Shown: piece by piece, positions 28,730 to 41,286 of the stretch | Layout: every line of letters starts with the position of its first letter | Numbering within the stretch: position 1 is the first letter of the stretch | Assembly (NCBI GenBank): GCA_029251475.1 | Contig: JAQXDF010000040.1 | Location: forward strand, 18,535-82,534 | From: Rickettsiaceae bacterium | GTDB lineage: Bacteria > Pseudomonadota > Alphaproteobacteria > Rickettsiales > Rickettsiaceae | Length of the DNA stretch: 64,000 nucleotides | Direction of reading: 5' to 3' | Notes under the pieces: model-generated | What the model was told of the DNA's origin: nothing | Databases searched by the model: none | What the model saw: only the letters and a program-made list of their open reading frames with translations | Position numbers and translations under genes: made by a program

Positions 28730-28760
28730 TGATATTATTGAGTGAATTTTAGGTAAAAAT

Positions 28761-29381
28761 ATGAAAGCTGAGTTATTAAGTCTAGAGAAAAAGGTCGTTG
28801 GCGAAGTTGCGCTAAGCGAATCTATTTTCGGACTAGAGGCAAGAGTTGATCTCATCAAAAGAGTTGTGGATTGGCAGTTGGCTAAAGCTAGAAGTGGAAC
28901 ACATAGTGTAAAGACTGTAGGAGAAGTTTCTGGAACAACCAAAAAGCCTTTTAAACAAAAGGGAACTGGTAATGCTAGGCAGGGTAATGCTCGTGGTGTT
29001 CAGCGTCGTGGTGGTGGTATAGCCCATGGTCCACAAGTTAGATCGCATGACATTAAGCTGCAGAAGAAAGTTAGGAGTCTTGGTTTGAAGCACGCTCTTT
29101 CGATCAAATTATCCGAAGGCGGCTTGCATTTTGTTGATTCTATTGAGATGAAATCTCCTAAAACTGCTGCATTGGTAAAGTCCTTGTCGAATTTTGGTTC
29201 TGGAAAATTTTTCATTATAGATGGTGAAAATGTTGATAATAACTTTAAGTTATCTGCTGCATCAGCTATCAATACGTGTGTTGTTCCGGCTATTGGTGCA
29301 AACGTTTATGATATTGTAAGTAGTGATCATGTTTTAATATCTAAAAATGCATTGTCACTTTTAGAAGAGAGGTTAAAGTAA
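28761..29381 (+). CDS. rplD: 50S ribosomal protein L4
   Basis: 206 aa with the [14 protein letters not shown] motif; in operon order. Confidence 0.96.
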   Translation: MKAELLSLEKKVVGEVALSESIFGLEARVDLIKRVVDWQLAKARSGTHSVKTVGEVSGTTKKPFKQKGTGNARQGNARGVQRRGGGIAHGPQVRSHDIKLQKKVRSLGLKHALSIKLSEGGLHFVDSIEMKSPKTAALVKSLSNFGSGKFFIIDGENVDNNFKLSAASAINTCVVPAIGANVYDIVSSDHVLISKNALSLLEERLK

Positions 29382-29680
29382 TGAGAGCTAATAAAAGTAA
29401 ATACGATTTAATTAGAAGTCCTATTATTACTGAGAAATCAACGATTCTTGGTGAGCAGGTTAAGTATGTGTTTGAAATTGCACCTGCAGCTAATAAGTCC
29501 TCTGTAAAAAAGGCTATAGAAGAGATATTTGATGTTAAAGTTAAGAGTGTAAATACTTTAAATCAGGTTGGTAAAGAAAAAAGATTTAAAGGTAGAGTTG
29601 GTCGTAGGTCTGATAAAAAGAAGGCCATCGTGACTTTAGAAAAAGATTGTACTATTGATTTAGCTGGGGGTATTAAGTAA
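29381..29680 (+). CDS. rplW: 50S ribosomal protein L23
   Basis: 99 aa, ...[10 protein letters not shown]...; in operon order. Confidence 0.95.
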   Translation: MRANKSKYDLIRSPIITEKSTILGEQVKYVFEIAPAANKSSVKKAIEEIFDVKVKSVNTLNQVGKEKRFKGRVGRRSDKKKAIVTLEKDCTIDLAGGIK

Positions 29681-29681
29681 A

Positions 29682-30506
29682 ATGGCTTTAAAAAAATATA
29701 ATCCTACTACTCCATCACAAAGAAGTCTGGTTCGTGTTGATAAATCAGATTTGTGGAAAGGCCGTCCCCATAAGCCTTTAACAAAAGGTCTTACTAAGAC
29801 TGGTGGTAGAAATAATACTGGTAGAATAACTTCTCGTCATATTGGCGGAGGTCATAAAAGGCTTTATAGAATTATTGACTTTAAAAGGAATAAATTGGAT
29901 TGTTCTGCTACTATCGAGCGTATTGAGTATGATCCAAATAGATCAGCCTATATTGCTCTTCTTAAGTATGACGATGGTGTATTTGCATATATTCTTGCTC
30001 CGGCAAAGATGAAAGCTGGTGACAAGGTAATTTCTGGTATTAATGCAGATATTAGGTTGGGCAATTGTCTACCTTTGAAAAACATCCCAGTTGGTACTAT
30101 TGTTCATAACGTTGAGATGAAACCTGGTAAAGGTGGTCAAATAGCTAGATCAGCTGGTACTTCTGTTAGTATAGTAGGTAAAGATTCTGGTTATGCCCAG
30201 ATCAAATTATCTTCTGGTGAAGTAAGGTTAATACCTCTTGATTGTATGGCCACTATTGGAACTTTGTCTAATCCAGATAGAAAAAATACTATTATTGGTA
30301 AGGCAGGTAGAAGTCGTTGGTTAGGTAGACGTCCTCACGTTAGAGGTGTTGCTATGAATCCTGTGGATCACCCGCATGGTGGTGGTGAAGGTAAAACTTC
30401 TGGTGGTCGTCATCCGGTTACTCCTTGGGGTAAGCCAACTAAGGGTAAGAAAACTCGTAAGAACAAACTTACTTCGAAGTTTATATTAAAAAGAAGAACT
30501 AAATAA
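29682..30506 (+). CDS. rplB: 50S ribosomal protein L2
   Basis: 274 aa with the [16 protein letters not shown] motif. Confidence 0.98.
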   Translation: MALKKYNPTTPSQRSLVRVDKSDLWKGRPHKPLTKGLTKTGGRNNTGRITSRHIGGGHKRLYRIIDFKRNKLDCSATIERIEYDPNRSAYIALLKYDDGVFAYILAPAKMKAGDKVISGINADIRLGNCLPLKNIPVGTIVHNVEMKPGKGGQIARSAGTSVSIVGKDSGYAQIKLSSGEVRLIPLDCMATIGTLSNPDRKNTIIGKAGRSRWLGRRPHVRGVAMNPVDHPHGGGEGKTSGGRHPVTPWGKPTKGKKTRKNKLTSKFILKRRTK

Positions 30507-30519
30507 TAGGTAGAGACGT

Positions 30520-30798
30520 ATGACACGTTCAGTATGGAAAGGACCTTTTGTAGATGGATATTTACTTAAAAAAGTACAAAAGGCAATGGAATCTGGGAAA
30601 AAAGAGGTGATTAAGACTTGGTCTAGAAGGTCAACGATTTTACCACTTTTTGTTGGCTATACATTTGCTGTGCATAATGGTAACAAGTTTATACCTGTTG
30701 CTGTTACAGAGGAAATGGTAGGGCATAAATTAGGCGTTTATTCTCCAACTCGTACCTATTATGGTCACGGTGCAGATAAAAAAGTAAAAAGAAAATAA
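30520..30798 (+). CDS. rpsS: 30S ribosomal protein S19
   Basis: 92 aa, [12 protein letters not shown]... Confidence 0.97.
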   Translation: MTRSVWKGPFVDGYLLKKVQKAMESGKKEVIKTWSRRSTILPLFVGYTFAVHNGNKFIPVAVTEEMVGHKLGVYSPTRTYYGHGADKKVKRK

Positions 30799-30810
30799 TT
30801 GTAGGCAGAA

Positions 30811-31161
30811 ATGGGTAATTTATTAGCAAAAGCTTCTATTAGGCGCTTAAGAACAAGTCCGCAGAAGTTGAATTTAGTTGCAGCGATGATTAGAAGGATG
30901 AAAGTCTCTGATGCGCTAGTTCAGTTAACTTTCTCTCACAAGAGAATCGCGGTGGACGTGAAAAAATGTTTGCAGTCCGCTGTTGCGAACGCTGAAAATA
31001 ACATGGGTTTAGATATAGATAACTTAGTTGTATCGTCTGCAACGGTTGGTAGATCTTTAGTTATGAAAAGAGTAAGGGCAAGAGCTAGAGGTCGAAGTGC
31101 AAAAATTCTTAAGCCTTTTAGTAATTTGTATATAACAGTATCCGAAAGAGAGGAGAGTTAA
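30811..31161 (+). CDS. rplV: 50S ribosomal protein L22
   Basis: 116 aa, ...[18 protein letters not shown]... Confidence 0.95.
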   Translation: MGNLLAKASIRRLRTSPQKLNLVAAMIRRMKVSDALVQLTFSHKRIAVDVKKCLQSAVANAENNMGLDIDNLVVSSATVGRSLVMKRVRARARGRSAKILKPFSNLYITVSEREES

Positions 31162-31162
31162 T

Positions 31163-31804
31163 ATGGGACAAAAAGTAAATCCTCATGGTTTTAGAGTTGG
31201 ACCAAAATTGTTTAAAGGTTGGGATTCTGTGTTTTATGCAGAAAAAGACTATGCTGAAAAATTATTACAAGATTTGACTATAAGATCTTTGATAAATAAA
31301 AAATATAAATTGGCTCAAATAAGCAAAGTTATTATTCAAAGACCAAGTGGCAATGTTGTAGTGAATATTCATGCCAAAAAGCCAGGTATCATTATTGGTA
31401 AAAGTGGGTCTGATATTGAGAAGCTTAAAAAAGATATACAAAAACTAGTATCTGCTGAAGTATTTATCAATATACATGAAGTAAAAAAATGTGGTATTGA
31501 TGGTAACATTACAGCTCAGACTATTGCTCAACAATTAGAAAGCCGCGTGTCTTTTAGAAAGGCTATGAAAACTGCTATTCAAAATTGCTTTAAACAAGGT
31601 GGAAAAGGTGTTAAGATAGCTTGTTCTGGTCGTTTAGGCGGTGCTGAGATAGCTAGAACTGAATGGTATAGAGAAGGAAGAGTTCCACTACATACGTTGC
31701 GTGCTGATATTGATTATGGTACAGCGGAAGCAATAACTACTTATGGAGTTATTGGTATTAAGGTCTGGATATATAAAGGCGAAAATAGCCAAAATAAAAG
31801 ATAA
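31163..31804 (+). CDS. rpsC: 30S ribosomal protein S3
   Basis: 213 aa, [13 protein letters not shown]... with a KH domain. Confidence 0.97.
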   Translation: MGQKVNPHGFRVGPKLFKGWDSVFYAEKDYAEKLLQDLTIRSLINKKYKLAQISKVIIQRPSGNVVVNIHAKKPGIIIGKSGSDIEKLKKDIQKLVSAEVFINIHEVKKCGIDGNITAQTIAQQLESRVSFRKAMKTAIQNCFKQGGKGVKIACSGRLGGAEIARTEWYREGRVPLHTLRADIDYGTAEAITTYGVIGIKVWIYKGENSQNKR

Positions 31805-31830
31805 TTGTTTAATTAATTGAAAGATATAAG

Positions 31831-32241
31831 ATGTTAGCTCCAAAAAAGCAGAAATTTAGAAAGGCGCATAAAGGCAGAGTCTCAGCAAAAGCTAAAGCTG
31901 GTACAATGCTTAGTTTTGGTACATTCGGTTTGAAGTCTATTGAGGGTTTGCGTGTAACAGCTAGGCAGATAGAAGCTGCTCGTCGTGCTGCGGTGCGCCA
32001 CATGAAAAGGCAAGGAAGATTTTTCATCAGAATTTTCCCAGATTTACCTGTTACTAAAAAGCCAAACGAAGTTCGTATGGGTAAAGGAAAGGGGTCTGTA
32101 GAATATTATGCAGTTAGGGTTTCTCCTGGCAGAATTATGTTCGAAATTGATGGTGTTGATGAAGTGACTGCAAGAGATGCATTAGAACGTGCTTCAGCAA
32201 AGTTACCAGTAAAAACTAAAGTAGTACAAAGATATGAGTAA
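31831..32241 (+). CDS. rplP: 50S ribosomal protein L16
   Basis: 136 aa, [16 protein letters not shown]... Confidence 0.97.
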   Translation: MLAPKKQKFRKAHKGRVSAKAKAGTMLSFGTFGLKSIEGLRVTARQIEAARRAAVRHMKRQGRFFIRIFPDLPVTKKPNEVRMGKGKGSVEYYAVRVSPGRIMFEIDGVDEVTARDALERASAKLPVKTKVVQRYE

Positions 32242-32446
32242 TACAGAATTTACATCCAAGGCGCTAAACGAAGTAAGCGTTGAAAAATTAACTGAAAAGT
32301 TTGCTTTGTTAAAAAAAGAACTTTTTAATTTAAGGTTTCAGAAAACTTTAGGTGAACTTACTAACGTTAGCAGATTTGCAAAAGTTAGAAAAGACATTGC
32401 TAGAGTAAAAACTGAACTAACAAAAAGAAGGAAAGCAAATGCCTAA
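32234..32446 (+). CDS. rpmC: 50S ribosomal protein L29
   Basis: 70 aa, ...[13 protein letters not shown]...; overlaps rplP and rpsQ. Confidence 0.93.
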   Translation: MSNTEFTSKALNEVSVEKLTEKFALLKKELFNLRFQKTLGELTNVSRFAKVRKDIARVKTELTKRRKANA

Positions 32447-32669
32447 GAGAATTTTACAGGGCACAGTAGAAAGTGCGTCAAATGAAAAAACAATTTCTGT
32501 AAGGGTTGAAAGAAAATTTAAGCACCCTTTATATAAGAAGATTGTTAAAAAATCTACTAAATATGCTGCACACGATGAAAGCGGGCAGTGTAAAGTGGGT
32601 GACAAGGTAAAAATTCAAGAATGTCGTCCTATGTCTAAGACTAAGTCTTGGATCTTGATTACAGAATAA
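32439..32669 (+). CDS. rpsQ: 30S ribosomal protein S17
   Basis: 76 aa, [25 protein letters not shown]... Confidence 0.95.
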   Translation: MPKRILQGTVESASNEKTISVRVERKFKHPLYKKIVKKSTKYAAHDESGQCKVGDKVKIQECRPMSKTKSWILITE

Positions 32670-32673
32670 TTCA

Positions 32674-32726
32674 TTGACTTTTTGGACAATGTTGCTATTT
32701 TGTCAATTGTTTAATATTAGTATAAT
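32674..32726 (+). promoter_or_regulatory. Candidate internal promoter(s) at the S10/spc operon boundary
   Basis: TTGACT (32674-32679)-N16-TATTTT, and TTGTCA (32700-32705)-N15-TATAAT (32721-32726), lie in the 71-nt rpsQ-rplN spacer. Confidence 0.3.
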
Positions 32727-32740
32727 TAGAAGTTTAGATT

Positions 32741-33109
32741 ATGATTCAGATGCAGAGCGCCCTTGGCGTGGCCGATAATTCAGGAGCTAAAAAAGTAATG
32801 TGTATCAAGGTACTTGGTGGCTCTGGTCGCATGATCGCTGATTGCGGTGACGTGATTGTAGTTTCAATCAAGTCAGCTATTCCAGGTGGGAAGGTTAAAA
32901 AAGGTGAAGTGCATAGAGCTCTTATAGTACGAACAAAAAAAGGCGTTAGAAGGCCTGATGGCAGCACTATACAGTTTGACTCAAACGCAGTAGTGTTGGT
33001 TAATAAACAAAATGAGCCTTTAGGAACTAGGGTTTTTGGTACAGTACCAAGAGAACTTAGAGGAAAAGGATACATGAAAATAATTTCTCTTGCAGAAGAG
33101 GTGATATAA
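32741..33109 (+). CDS. rplN: 50S ribosomal protein L14
   Basis: 122 aa, [28 protein letters not shown]... Confidence 0.98.
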   Translation: MIQMQSALGVADNSGAKKVMCIKVLGGSGRMIADCGDVIVVSIKSAIPGGKVKKGEVHRALIVRTKKGVRRPDGSTIQFDSNAVVLVNKQNEPLGTRVFGTVPRELRGKGYMKIISLAEEVI

Positions 33110-33439
33110 ATGATTAAGTTGAAAATAAAAAAAGGCGATAAGGTTAAAGTAACGACTGGTAAAAGCAAAGGAAAGATTGGTGATGTTATAAAAGTTTTCC
33201 CTTTGAAAAATAAAGTTTTGGTTGCTGGTGTTAATCTTGTTAAAAAGCACACAAAGCCAAGTCAAACGAGTGAAGGTGGGATCATCCAAAAGGAACTTCC
33301 TATCCATATATCAAATGTAAGTCATATTGATCCTAAAACAAGTGAAGTTACTAAGATAGGATATAAAACTCTAGATGATGGCAAAAAAGTTAGATTTGCA
33401 AGGAAATCTGGTGAAATAATTACGAAAGAAGGTAAGTAA
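33110..33439 (+). CDS. rplX: 50S ribosomal protein L24
   Basis: 109 aa, [20 protein letters not shown] (KOW motif). Confidence 0.95.
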   Translation: MIKLKIKKGDKVKVTTGKSKGKIGDVIKVFPLKNKVLVAGVNLVKKHTKPSQTSEGGIIQKELPIHISNVSHIDPKTSEVTKIGYKTLDDGKKVRFARKSGEIITKEGK

Positions 33440-33982
33440 ATGTTAGTTAGGTTTAAAGAACTATATAAAGATCAGGTTACAAAAAGCTTGCAGGATGAGT
33501 TTAAGTACTCTAATCTTCATGAAATGCCAAAACTTACTAAAGTTGTAATTAATATGGGTGTTGGTGACGCTGTAACTGATTCAAAAGTTATTAATCATGC
33601 AATTAATGATTTAACAGCTATTAGTGCTCAGAAGCCTTACACTACTTATGCAAAAAAATCTATAGCGACTTTTAAGCTTCGTGAAGGTATGAAGTTAGGT
33701 TGTAAGGTTACTCTAAGAAGAGAAAAAATGTATGAGTTCTTAGAGAGATTAGTCGTTGTAGCTCTTCCAAGGGTGAAAGAATTCAGAGGATTATCAGTAA
33801 AGAGTTTTGATGGTAGAGGTAATATAACTTTCGGTATCAAAGAACAGATAGTGTTTCCTGAAATAAACTATGATAAAATCGATAAAATAAGAGGAATGGA
33901 TATTACCATAGTGACTACTGCGAAAACCGATAAGGAGGCTAAGTCTTTGTTGTCAGGGTTTAATATTCCATTTTATAATTAA
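33440..33982 (+). CDS. rplE: 50S ribosomal protein L5
   Basis: 180 aa, ...NMGVGDAV...[20 protein letters not shown]... Confidence 0.97.
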   Translation: MLVRFKELYKDQVTKSLQDEFKYSNLHEMPKLTKVVINMGVGDAVTDSKVINHAINDLTAISAQKPYTTYAKKSIATFKLREGMKLGCKVTLRREKMYEFLERLVVVALPRVKEFRGLSVKSFDGRGNITFGIKEQIVFPEINYDKIDKIRGMDITIVTTAKTDKEAKSLLSGFNIPFYN

Positions 33983-33997
33983 CAAGTAGCATAAAAT

Positions 33998-34303
33998 ATG
34001 GCAAAAACTGGATCTATACAGAGAAACGATAAAAGAAAAAAACTAGTTAAATCTTTTGAATCAAAAAGGGCTGCTCTTAATAGTCAAATTCATCAAAAAG
34101 ATTTGCCGCTAGAAGAAAGGTTTGCATTGGTAATGAAGCTTGCGAAGTTGCCGAGAAATTCTGCTCAAATAAGAGTAAGAAATAGATGTGCTTTAACAGG
34201 CAGACCAAGAGGTTATAACCGTAAAATGGGACTTTCTCGTAATATGTTTAGAGATTTAGCTTCCTGGGGGCAGTTGCCTGGTGTCATTAAGGCAAGTTGG
34301 TAA
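33998..34303 (+). CDS. rpsN: 30S ribosomal protein S14 (long, non-zinc form)
   Basis: 101 aa, ...RNRCALTGRPRGYNRKMGLSRNMFRDLASWGQLPGVIKASW. Confidence 0.96.
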   Translation: MAKTGSIQRNDKRKKLVKSFESKRAALNSQIHQKDLPLEERFALVMKLAKLPRNSAQIRVRNRCALTGRPRGYNRKMGLSRNMFRDLASWGQLPGVIKASW

Positions 34304-34336
34304 AAAGATAAAAGATAAAAGATAAGAGATATCATT

Positions 34337-34729
34337 ATGTCAATGTCAGATAATATAGCAGATATGCTAACAAGAATTAGAAATGGGCAAAAAAGCAAAT
34401 TGCTCAATGTTGGTTTACCTGCATCTAAGCTTAAATGCGCAGTTCTTGAAGTGCTAAAAAAAGAAGGTTATATAAAAGGTTTTACTACAAATACAGAAGA
34501 AAAAACAATTGATATTTCTTTGAAGTATTCACGCGTTGGTTCTCCTGCTATATGTGAAATTCATAGAGTTTCAAAGCCAGGTAAGAGGATGTATTCTTCT
34601 ATAAGTGATTTACCTAGTTATTTTAATAACATGGGTATTTATATTCTATCTACTTCGCATGGTGTAATGTCAGATCGAGAAGCTAAAAAGCTGAAGGTTG
34701 GTGGCGAAGTAATTTGTAAAATATTTTAG
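34337..34729 (+). CDS. rpsH: 30S ribosomal protein S8
   Basis: 130 aa, ...[14 protein letters not shown]... Confidence 0.97.
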   Translation: MSMSDNIADMLTRIRNGQKSKLLNVGLPASKLKCAVLEVLKKEGYIKGFTTNTEEKTIDISLKYSRVGSPAICEIHRVSKPGKRMYSSISDLPSYFNNMGIYILSTSHGVMSDREAKKLKVGGEVICKIF

Positions 34730-34738
34730 AGCGTTATA

Positions 34739-35272
34739 ATGTCAAGAATAGGTAAGTTACCAGTAGCACTTCCGGAAGGAGTAAAAGTAGAAATTTCTGG
34801 TTTGAATGTAAAAATACAAGGTCCAAAAGGAGATTTAAAAAAAACTTTTGCGGGAGAAATTTCTATTGAGCAAAAGGATATGACTATTGTTGTAAAGCCT
34901 TTGGATAATTCCACTCCAGAGAGAGCTATGTGGGGTACAGCAAGAAGTATTATCAATGGTATGGTAACAGGAGTCACTATTTGCTTTCAAGAAGAGTTGG
35001 AAGTTAATGGTGTTGGTTACAGAGCTGCAGTTAAAGATAAATATTTGAATTTAACATTAGGAAAGAGTCACAATACCAAAATAGAAATTCCTGAAGGAAT
35101 AAATGTAACGACTCCTAAGCAAAATATAGTGTTACTTGAATCACATGATAAGCAAAAACTAGGTCAGTTTGTTGCTATAATCCGTAGTCAAAGGCCTCCT
35201 GAGCCATATAAAGGTAAAGGAATTAGGCGTAAAGGCGAGTATGTACAAAGAAAAGAAGGCAAAAAAGGTTAA
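34739..35272 (+). CDS. rplF: 50S ribosomal protein L6
   Basis: 177 aa, [19 protein letters not shown]... Confidence 0.97.
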   Translation: MSRIGKLPVALPEGVKVEISGLNVKIQGPKGDLKKTFAGEISIEQKDMTIVVKPLDNSTPERAMWGTARSIINGMVTGVTICFQEELEVNGVGYRAAVKDKYLNLTLGKSHNTKIEIPEGINVTTPKQNIVLLESHDKQKLGQFVAIIRSQRPPEPYKGKGIRRKGEYVQRKEGKKG

Positions 35273-35281
35273 TTTAAGAAT

Positions 35282-35638
35282 ATGAGTGCAAATAACCCAA
35301 ATTTTAGAAGAAGAAGAGATCGCGTCAGAATTAAACTGAGAAAGGTTTCGGACAGAAATAGATTGTCTGTATTTAAGTCAGGACGTCATATTTATGCTCA
35401 AATTATTGATGATGCCACTTCTCAAACACTTGTTTCTGCATCTACTTTAGATAAAGAATTAAGAGGAAAAAATAAATCACACTGTAATGTTGATCTTGCT
35501 GTTAAAGTAGGTAAGTTATTAGCTGACCGTGCTGTTAAAAAGTCTATAAAACTAGTTGCTTTTGATAAAGGTGGTCATAAGTATCATGGTGTTATAAAGG
35601 CCCTTGCTGATGAAGCAAGAAAAGAACTACAATTTTAA
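35282..35638 (+). CDS. rplR: 50S ribosomal protein L18
   Basis: 118 aa, ...RLSVFKSGRHIYAQIIDD... Confidence 0.95.
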   Translation: MSANNPNFRRRRDRVRIKLRKVSDRNRLSVFKSGRHIYAQIIDDATSQTLVSASTLDKELRGKNKSHCNVDLAVKVGKLLADRAVKKSIKLVAFDKGGHKYHGVIKALADEARKELQF

Positions 35639-35652
35639 TAGAGATAATATAA

Positions 35653-36159
35653 ATGTCTAAGAATTCAAAAAATAACGATGCTATCATGGAAGATTTAGTC
35701 CATGTTAATAGAGTAACAAAAGTTGTAAAGGGCGGACGTAATTTTTCTTTTGCAACAGTTGTAGTAGTTGGTGACGAAAATGGTAAAGTCGGTTACGGAA
35801 ATGGCAAGGCCAAAGAAGTAACAGAATCAAGAGCTAAAGCAACTAAGGGTGCCCACGGTAATATGATTTCTGTGCCTTTATATCAAGGAAGAACTATTCA
35901 TCATGACATTATTGGTAAATCTGGGGCAGCAAAAGTTTTATTAAGAAGAGCTCCTGCTGGTACTGGTGTTATTGCTGGTGGACCTTTAAGATCTATATTT
36001 GGTCGTTTGGGTGTGCAGGATATTGTGGCTAAGTCTTTAGGTTCATCAAACCCACAAGCTATGATTGCAGCTACTATGGACGCTCTACGTTCTTTAAGTT
36101 CTCCTAAGAATATTGCAGAGAGAAGAGGAAAAAACGTATCTGAGTTGTCAGTGAAATAG
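35653..36159 (+). CDS. rpsE: 30S ribosomal protein S5
   Basis: 168 aa, ...[24 protein letters not shown]... Confidence 0.97.
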   Translation: MSKNSKNNDAIMEDLVHVNRVTKVVKGGRNFSFATVVVVGDENGKVGYGNGKAKEVTESRAKATKGAHGNMISVPLYQGRTIHHDIIGKSGAAKVLLRRAPAGTGVIAGGPLRSIFGRLGVQDIVAKSLGSSNPQAMIAATMDALRSLSSPKNIAERRGKNVSELSVK

Positions 36160-36211
36160 TTGGTGTTTTGAGTATTTAAGGAAAGTAAATATAAAATTAT
36201 AAGTAATAACA

Positions 36212-36412
36212 ATGACTAAAAAGCAAGAATCAAAAGCCCAAATTAAAGTAACTCAAACAGTTAGTTGTATTGGTCGTCCCGATGTCCAACGTCAAACTTT
36301 ACTTGGTTTAGGATTGAGAAAGATTGGCAATTCAAGAGTTCTCGAAGATACGCCATCTATTAGAGGTATGGTAAAAAAAGTTGGGCACTTAATAAGAATA
36401 GAAACTGTATAA
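36212..36412 (+). CDS. rpmD: 50S ribosomal protein L30
   Basis: 66 aa, ...IKVTQTVSCIGRPDVQRQTLLGLGLRKIG... Confidence 0.92.
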   Translation: MTKKQESKAQIKVTQTVSCIGRPDVQRQTLLGLGLRKIGNSRVLEDTPSIRGMVKKVGHLIRIETV

Positions 36413-36427
36413 GTTTAGTAGGGAATT

Positions 36428-36883
36428 ATGGAAGTAAAATTAAATACATTATTTAATATAGACGGTTCAAAAAAGCCAAGAAAAAGAGTTGGTAGAGGGA
36501 TTGGAAGTGGTACAGGTAAAACTTGTGGCGCTGGTCATAAAGGTCAGAAATCTAGATCAGGTGTAGCAATTAAGACAGAGGGTGGTCAAAATCCTTTGAT
36601 TAAGCGCTTACCAAAAAGAGGATTTAGTTGTTCTAAATCTGTTCAGTACACTGCTATAAGCATATCTGACATTGAAATGTTAATTGATCTGAAGCGTATA
36701 GACGTAACTAACAACGTTAATAAAGAGTTATTAGTTTCTATTGGTTATATTAAAAGTAATAAAGTTCCAGTTAAGTTGTTAGGTGGTGCAGAGAAAACTA
36801 AGCACAAACTAACTATTGAGCTAGATGCTTGTTCTGCAAGTGCAAAAGCTGTCATTGAAAGTGCCGGCGGCAAAGTATTATAA
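36428..36883 (+). CDS. rplO: 50S ribosomal protein L15
   Basis: 151 aa, ...[26 protein letters not shown]... Confidence 0.95.
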   Translation: MEVKLNTLFNIDGSKKPRKRVGRGIGSGTGKTCGAGHKGQKSRSGVAIKTEGGQNPLIKRLPKRGFSCSKSVQYTAISISDIEMLIDLKRIDVTNNVNKELLVSIGYIKSNKVPVKLLGGAEKTKHKLTIELDACSASAKAVIESAGGKVL

Positions 36884-36894
36884 AAGAAAATTAT

Positions 36895-38187
36895 ATGAAA
36901 AAATCTCAGGGAGAGCTCAGTAGTCGTATTCTATTCACTTTAGGTATCTTAGTGGTATGTAGAGTAGGATCTTTTGTGCCAATCCCTGGAGTTGATTCAA
37001 TTGCGTTGGCTAGTTTAGCTCAGCGTGCTCAAGATGGCGTTTTGGGTATGTTTAATATGCTATCGGGTGGATCTCTTGAAAGAATGTCAATATTTGCTTT
37101 GGCAATCATGCCTTATATCACTGCATCAATTATTATTCAGTTGATGACTATAGCATACAAACCTTTAGAAAACTTAAAAAAAGAAGGAGAAGCTGGTCGT
37201 CGTAAAATTAATCAGTTATCTAGGTATCTAACCGTAATTTTTGCAGCTTTCCAGGCTTATGGTATCACTATTGGTTTGGAGGCCACGGTTACTCCATATG
37301 GTCCCGTAGTTATTATAGATTCCTTAATATTCAAAATATCTACAATTATTACATTAGTTGTAGGTACTATGTTTTTAATGTGGCTAGGAGAGCAAATTTC
37401 TTCTAGAGGGATAGGGAATGGTACATCCTTGATTATTTTTGTTGGAATAGTATCTGGCCTGCCTAGTGCAGTTATTAGTATGTTTGAGCTTGCTAGAAAA
37501 GGGGCAATGTCACCATTAGCAGTAATAGCAATATGCGCTGGTGTGTTGGCTATGATTACACTAATTATTTTCTTTGAAAGAGCTCAACGTAGAGTTTTAG
37601 TACAATACCCAAAGAGACAAGTGGGCAATAAGGTTTATGGTGGTGATGCAACTCATATGCCATTAAAACTGAATACTTCAGGTGTTATACCTCCTATTTT
37701 TGCTAGCTCTGTATTGTTGTTTCCGGCAACGATCTCTAGTTTTTCTCAGAGCTCTGATTCCGAAATTATAGCAACTATTTCTCACTATTTGGGGCATGGA
37801 AAGCCTTTATTTATGTTACTATATGTATCTTTGATTGTGTTTTTTAGCTTTTTTTATACGGCTGTAGTATTTAACTCAGAAGATACTGCTAATAATTTAA
37901 GGAAGAATGGGGCTTATGTTCCAGGAAGGCGTCCAGGAAAAAATACGGCAGAGTATTTTGATTATTTATTAACAAGATTGACAGTAATAGGAAGTGCATA
38001 TTTGTCTGTTGTATGTATTGTTCCTGAATTATTGATGAATAAATATTCTGTAGCTTTTGCTCTTGGTGGAACCAGTTTTTTAATTGTAGTGAATGTTGTT
38101 CTTGATACGTTCGCTCAAATCCAAACTCATTTATTTAGCTCTAGATACGAAGGGTTGGTTAAAAAAATGAGATTAAAAGATAGATGA
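36895..38187 (+). CDS. secY: Preprotein translocase subunit SecY
   Basis: 430 aa, 10-TM pattern, ...[18 protein letters not shown]...; its TGA stop overlaps the adk ATG (ATGA). Confidence 0.97.
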   Translation: MKKSQGELSSRILFTLGILVVCRVGSFVPIPGVDSIALASLAQRAQDGVLGMFNMLSGGSLERMSIFALAIMPYITASIIIQLMTIAYKPLENLKKEGEAGRRKINQLSRYLTVIFAAFQAYGITIGLEATVTPYGPVVIIDSLIFKISTIITLVVGTMFLMWLGEQISSRGIGNGTSLIIFVGIVSGLPSAVISMFELARKGAMSPLAVIAICAGVLAMITLIIFFERAQRRVLVQYPKRQVGNKVYGGDATHMPLKLNTSGVIPPIFASSVLLFPATISSFSQSSDSEIIATISHYLGHGKPLFMLLYVSLIVFFSFFYTAVVFNSEDTANNLRKNGAYVPGRRPGKNTAEYFDYLLTRLTVIGSAYLSVVCIVPELLMNKYSVAFALGGTSFLIVVNVVLDTFAQIQTHLFSSRYEGLVKKMRLKDR

Positions 38188-38831
38188 CTAGAAAAATACT
38201 TTGTTTATTGGGGCTTCCTGGATCAGGAAAAGGTACTCAAGGAGAGGTTTTATCTAAGTTATCTGGCCTACCTCATATATCTACGGGAGATATATTTAGA
38301 AAAATGTTGGCTGAAAAGTCAGAGGATTCTAAAATGCTTCAGCGGTACATGCAGGAGGGTAAGTTAGTACCAGCTGATTTAGTAAATAAAATTGTGAAAA
38401 ATTTTATTTTATCAGACAATTGTAGCGCAGGTTGTATTCTTGATGGATATCCTAGAAATCTAGATCAAGCTAAGTATTTTGCTGAAAATATTGATGGAAA
38501 CATAAATGTAATATTTTTAAGTGTAGCTGATGATGTGGTAGTAAAGCGTATTTTAGGCAGATTTAGTTGTGAGTCATGCGGTAAATTGTATAATAAATAT
38601 TTTGATAAGCCTGTTAAAGAAGGGGCTTGTGATAAGTGTGGAAATACCAGATTTATAGAAAGACAAGATGATAAAGAGAGTACTATTTTATCACGAATAG
38701 AAGAATACAAAAAAGAAACACTACCTTTAGTTGAGTTTTACAAAGACAAAGGGAGGTTTTTTACAGTGGATGCAGGAGAATTAAAGGAGCAAGTAACAAA
38801 TGAACTCGCTTCGATTGTAAAAAAGATTTGA
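38184..38831 (+). CDS. adk: Adenylate kinase (Cys4 zinc-lid type)
   Basis: 215 aa with P-loop [10 protein letters not shown]. The lid has CESCGKLY...CDKCGN. Confidence 0.95.
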   Translation: MTRKILCLLGLPGSGKGTQGEVLSKLSGLPHISTGDIFRKMLAEKSEDSKMLQRYMQEGKLVPADLVNKIVKNFILSDNCSAGCILDGYPRNLDQAKYFAENIDGNINVIFLSVADDVVVKRILGRFSCESCGKLYNKYFDKPVKEGACDKCGNTRFIERQDDKESTILSRIEEYKKETLPLVEFYKDKGRFFTVDAGELKEQVTNELASIVKKI

Positions 38832-38892
38832 CTTTGTCGAATATTTTTATATTATTCTGTTCTAATTATTTTTAAAAATTGGAGAGTTTTTT

Positions 38893-39261
38893 GTGGCAAG
38901 GATTGCAGGTGTAAATATTCCACCAAATAAGAGATTGGTTATTAGCTTAACTTATATATATGGAGTTGGTTTAACTTCTTCTCAAAAAATTTGTAAAAGT
39001 GCGAAACTTTCGGAAAGTAAAAGAGTTAAAGATCTTACTGACCAAGAGCTGGTAACATTACGTACAGAAATAGAAAAAAGTTTTCGTGTAGAGGGTGATC
39101 TTCGTAGAGAAGTGAGTCTTAACATTAAAAAGAAAAAAGATATGCGTACTTACCAAGGTTTAAGACATATCAAGAAATTGCCTGTTCGTGGCCAGAATAC
39201 ACATTCTAATGCTAGAACAAGAAAAGGTAAGGCCGTGGCTATTGCTGGTAAGAAAAAATAA
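38893..39261 (+). CDS. rpsM: 30S ribosomal protein S13
   Basis: 122 aa, (GTG start) [13 protein letters not shown]...; GGAGAG SD upstream. Confidence 0.96.
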   Translation: MARIAGVNIPPNKRLVISLTYIYGVGLTSSQKICKSAKLSESKRVKDLTDQELVTLRTEIEKSFRVEGDLRREVSLNIKKKKDMRTYQGLRHIKKLPVRGQNTHSNARTRKGKAVAIAGKKK

Positions 39262-39275
39262 TTTAGAGATAAACA

Positions 39276-39659
39276 ATGAGTTCAATAAATAAAGCTAAAA
39301 AGAAAAAGAAAAATATCACGCTAGGTATTGTGCACATTAAAGCAACTTTTAACAATACTATTGTTACGGTTACTGATGTTCAGGGTAACGTGATTGCTAT
39401 TTCTACTGCTGGTGCACATGGTTTTAAGGGGGCTAAAAAAGCTACTCCTTATGCTGCTCAAATTACGGTTGATAAAGTATCTAACGATGCAAAGGATCAT
39501 GGTTTAAAGACTGTTTCTATTCGCGTAAAGGGAGCGGGTTCACAGAGAGAATCAGCAATGAGAGCAGTGTTTAGCCAGAATTTTGTTGTTACTTCAATAA
39601 CAGATGTATCTGGCGTTGCGCATAATGGCGTAAGAGCACCAAAAAGAAGACGTACATAA
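39276..39659 (+). CDS. rpsK: 30S ribosomal protein S11
   Basis: 127 aa, ...[22 protein letters not shown]... Confidence 0.97.
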   Translation: MSSINKAKKKKKNITLGIVHIKATFNNTIVTVTDVQGNVIAISTAGAHGFKGAKKATPYAAQITVDKVSNDAKDHGLKTVSIRVKGAGSQRESAMRAVFSQNFVVTSITDVSGVAHNGVRAPKRRRT

Positions 39660-39690
39660 GATAGACATCGATAGAATTAGGAATATACAT

Positions 39691-40710
39691 ATGTTATCAC
39701 TAAACAAGAATTGGAGTTCATTAATTAAACCATCTAAAATTTCATATGATGGTCATAATGAGAATAGTAATATAGCTAATATTATTATTGAGCCGTTAGA
39801 GCGTGGATTTGGCTTAACCTTAGGTAATGCCTTACGCAGAGTTCTTCTGTCATCTCTACAAGGAGCTGCAATTACCGCAGTAAAAATAGAAGGCGTTGAG
39901 CATGAATTTTCTGCAAAATCTGGAATTAAGGAAGATGTAGTTGATATTGTTCTTAATCTAAAGAAAGTTTCAGTGAGAATGCATACTGCTGAGCAGAAAC
40001 TAGTTAGAATTAATGTTAAAGGTCCATGTGTGGTTACAGCAGGTATGATTGAAGTTGGATCTGATGTAGAAATTTTAAATCCAGATCAAGTAATTTGTAC
40101 TTTATCAAAGGGATCTACTCTTGAAATGGATCTTTATTGCGAAATAGGAAAAGGTTATGTTCCTGCTGCAAGTGCTCGTTCAAAGGATTTACCAATAGGC
40201 GTAATTAGCATTGATGCATTGTTTAGCCCGGTTAAAAAAGTGTCTTATAAAGTGGAAGATACTCGTGTTGGACAAGTTACTGATTATGATAAATTAATCA
40301 TGAATATAGAAACAGATGCAACTATAACTCCAGAAATGGCTATTGCACTGTCAGCAAGAATATTACAAGATCAGCTGCAGTTATTCGTAACTTTTGAAGA
40401 AGAAGAAGAAGAAAAACAAGAAGTTCGTGAAGAGCTAGAATATAATCCGATTCTTTTGAAAAATGTTGACGAATTAGAATTGTCTGTTAGATCAAGAAAT
40501 TGTTTGCAGAATGACAATATAGTATATATTGGTGACTTAGTAAATAAAACTGAATCAGAAATGCTGAGAACTCAGAATTTTGGTAGAAAATCTTTGAACG
40601 AAATCAAAGAAGTGTTGTCAAAATTCAATTTGAAATTTGGTATGGAAATAAGTGGTTGGCCTCCTGAGAACATTGAGGATCTAGCAAAAAAATACGAAGA
40701 TCCGTATTGA
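39691..40710 (+). CDS. rpoA: DNA-directed RNA polymerase subunit alpha
   Basis: 339 aa, ...[24 protein letters not shown]... with a C-terminal domain ...[22 protein letters not shown]... Confidence 0.97.
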   Translation: MLSLNKNWSSLIKPSKISYDGHNENSNIANIIIEPLERGFGLTLGNALRRVLLSSLQGAAITAVKIEGVEHEFSAKSGIKEDVVDIVLNLKKVSVRMHTAEQKLVRINVKGPCVVTAGMIEVGSDVEILNPDQVICTLSKGSTLEMDLYCEIGKGYVPAASARSKDLPIGVISIDALFSPVKKVSYKVEDTRVGQVTDYDKLIMNIETDATITPEMAIALSARILQDQLQLFVTFEEEEEEKQEVREELEYNPILLKNVDELELSVRSRNCLQNDNIVYIGDLVNKTESEMLRTQNFGRKSLNEIKEVLSKFNLKFGMEISGWPPENIEDLAKKYEDPY

Positions 40711-40859
40711 TAAATATTATCGTTATAAATTAGTATAGCGAAATAGTTTTAAGCTCTTAATGTTGAAATTACATAGAGCTAAGTAATTAAAAAAGCAAAG
40801 CTAGACATATATAAGTAAATTAGTGTAGTTAGTTTTAAAGTTGAATATTAGGTATAAAA

Positions 40860-41279
40860 ATGCGTCATAAGAAAAATGGAATAAAGTTAAATAGAACCTC
40901 TTCTCACAGAAAGGCGATGTTTGCTAATATGGCAACTGCTTTAGTAATGAACGAGCAGATTAAAACTACTGTACCAAAGGCCAAAGCGTTGCGTCCTTAT
41001 ATAGAACAGTTGATTACTAAAGCTAGGCAGGGTACTTTATCAGCAAGAAGAGATGTTCTTTCTCGTATTAAAGATAAAGATGCAACGGAAAAGTTAATGT
41101 CAGTTTTGTCCACAAGGTACAAAGAGCGTCCAGGTGGTTACACAAGGATCGTTAAAGCTGGTTTTAGATACGGTGATATGGCTCCAGTAGCTTATATCGA
41201 ATTTGTCAATAGAGATGTGGCAGCTAAAGGTTGTATGACTCCGAAGATTGACGTAACAGAACAAGAAATTCAAGAATAG
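40860..41279 (+). CDS. rplQ: 50S ribosomal protein L17
   Basis: 139 aa, [24 protein letters not shown]... Confidence 0.96.
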   Translation: MRHKKNGIKLNRTSSHRKAMFANMATALVMNEQIKTTVPKAKALRPYIEQLITKARQGTLSARRDVLSRIKDKDATEKLMSVLSTRYKERPGGYTRIVKAGFRYGDMAPVAYIEFVNRDVAAKGCMTPKIDVTEQEIQE

Positions 41280-41286
41280 GTTTAAA

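Noticed and set aside
32746-33252. Long antisense or alternate-frame ORFs. Examples: 168 aa opposite rplN/rplX; 158 aa at 54923-55399 opposite pepA; 132 aa at 42841-43239 opposite the LRR gene; 121-129 aa ORFs opposite pntAA, virD4, virB11 and rlmB; 26481-26729 overlapping tuf.
   Set aside because: All lie within strongly supported conserved genes on the other strand or frame. They have low-complexity or odd composition and no SD or motif. They are typical shadow ORFs.
38832-38892. Absence of infA/rpmJ/map between adk and rpsM as an anomaly
   Set aside because: The 61-nt spacer simply has no room for them. These genes are commonly located elsewhere in alphaproteobacteria, so this is not unusual.
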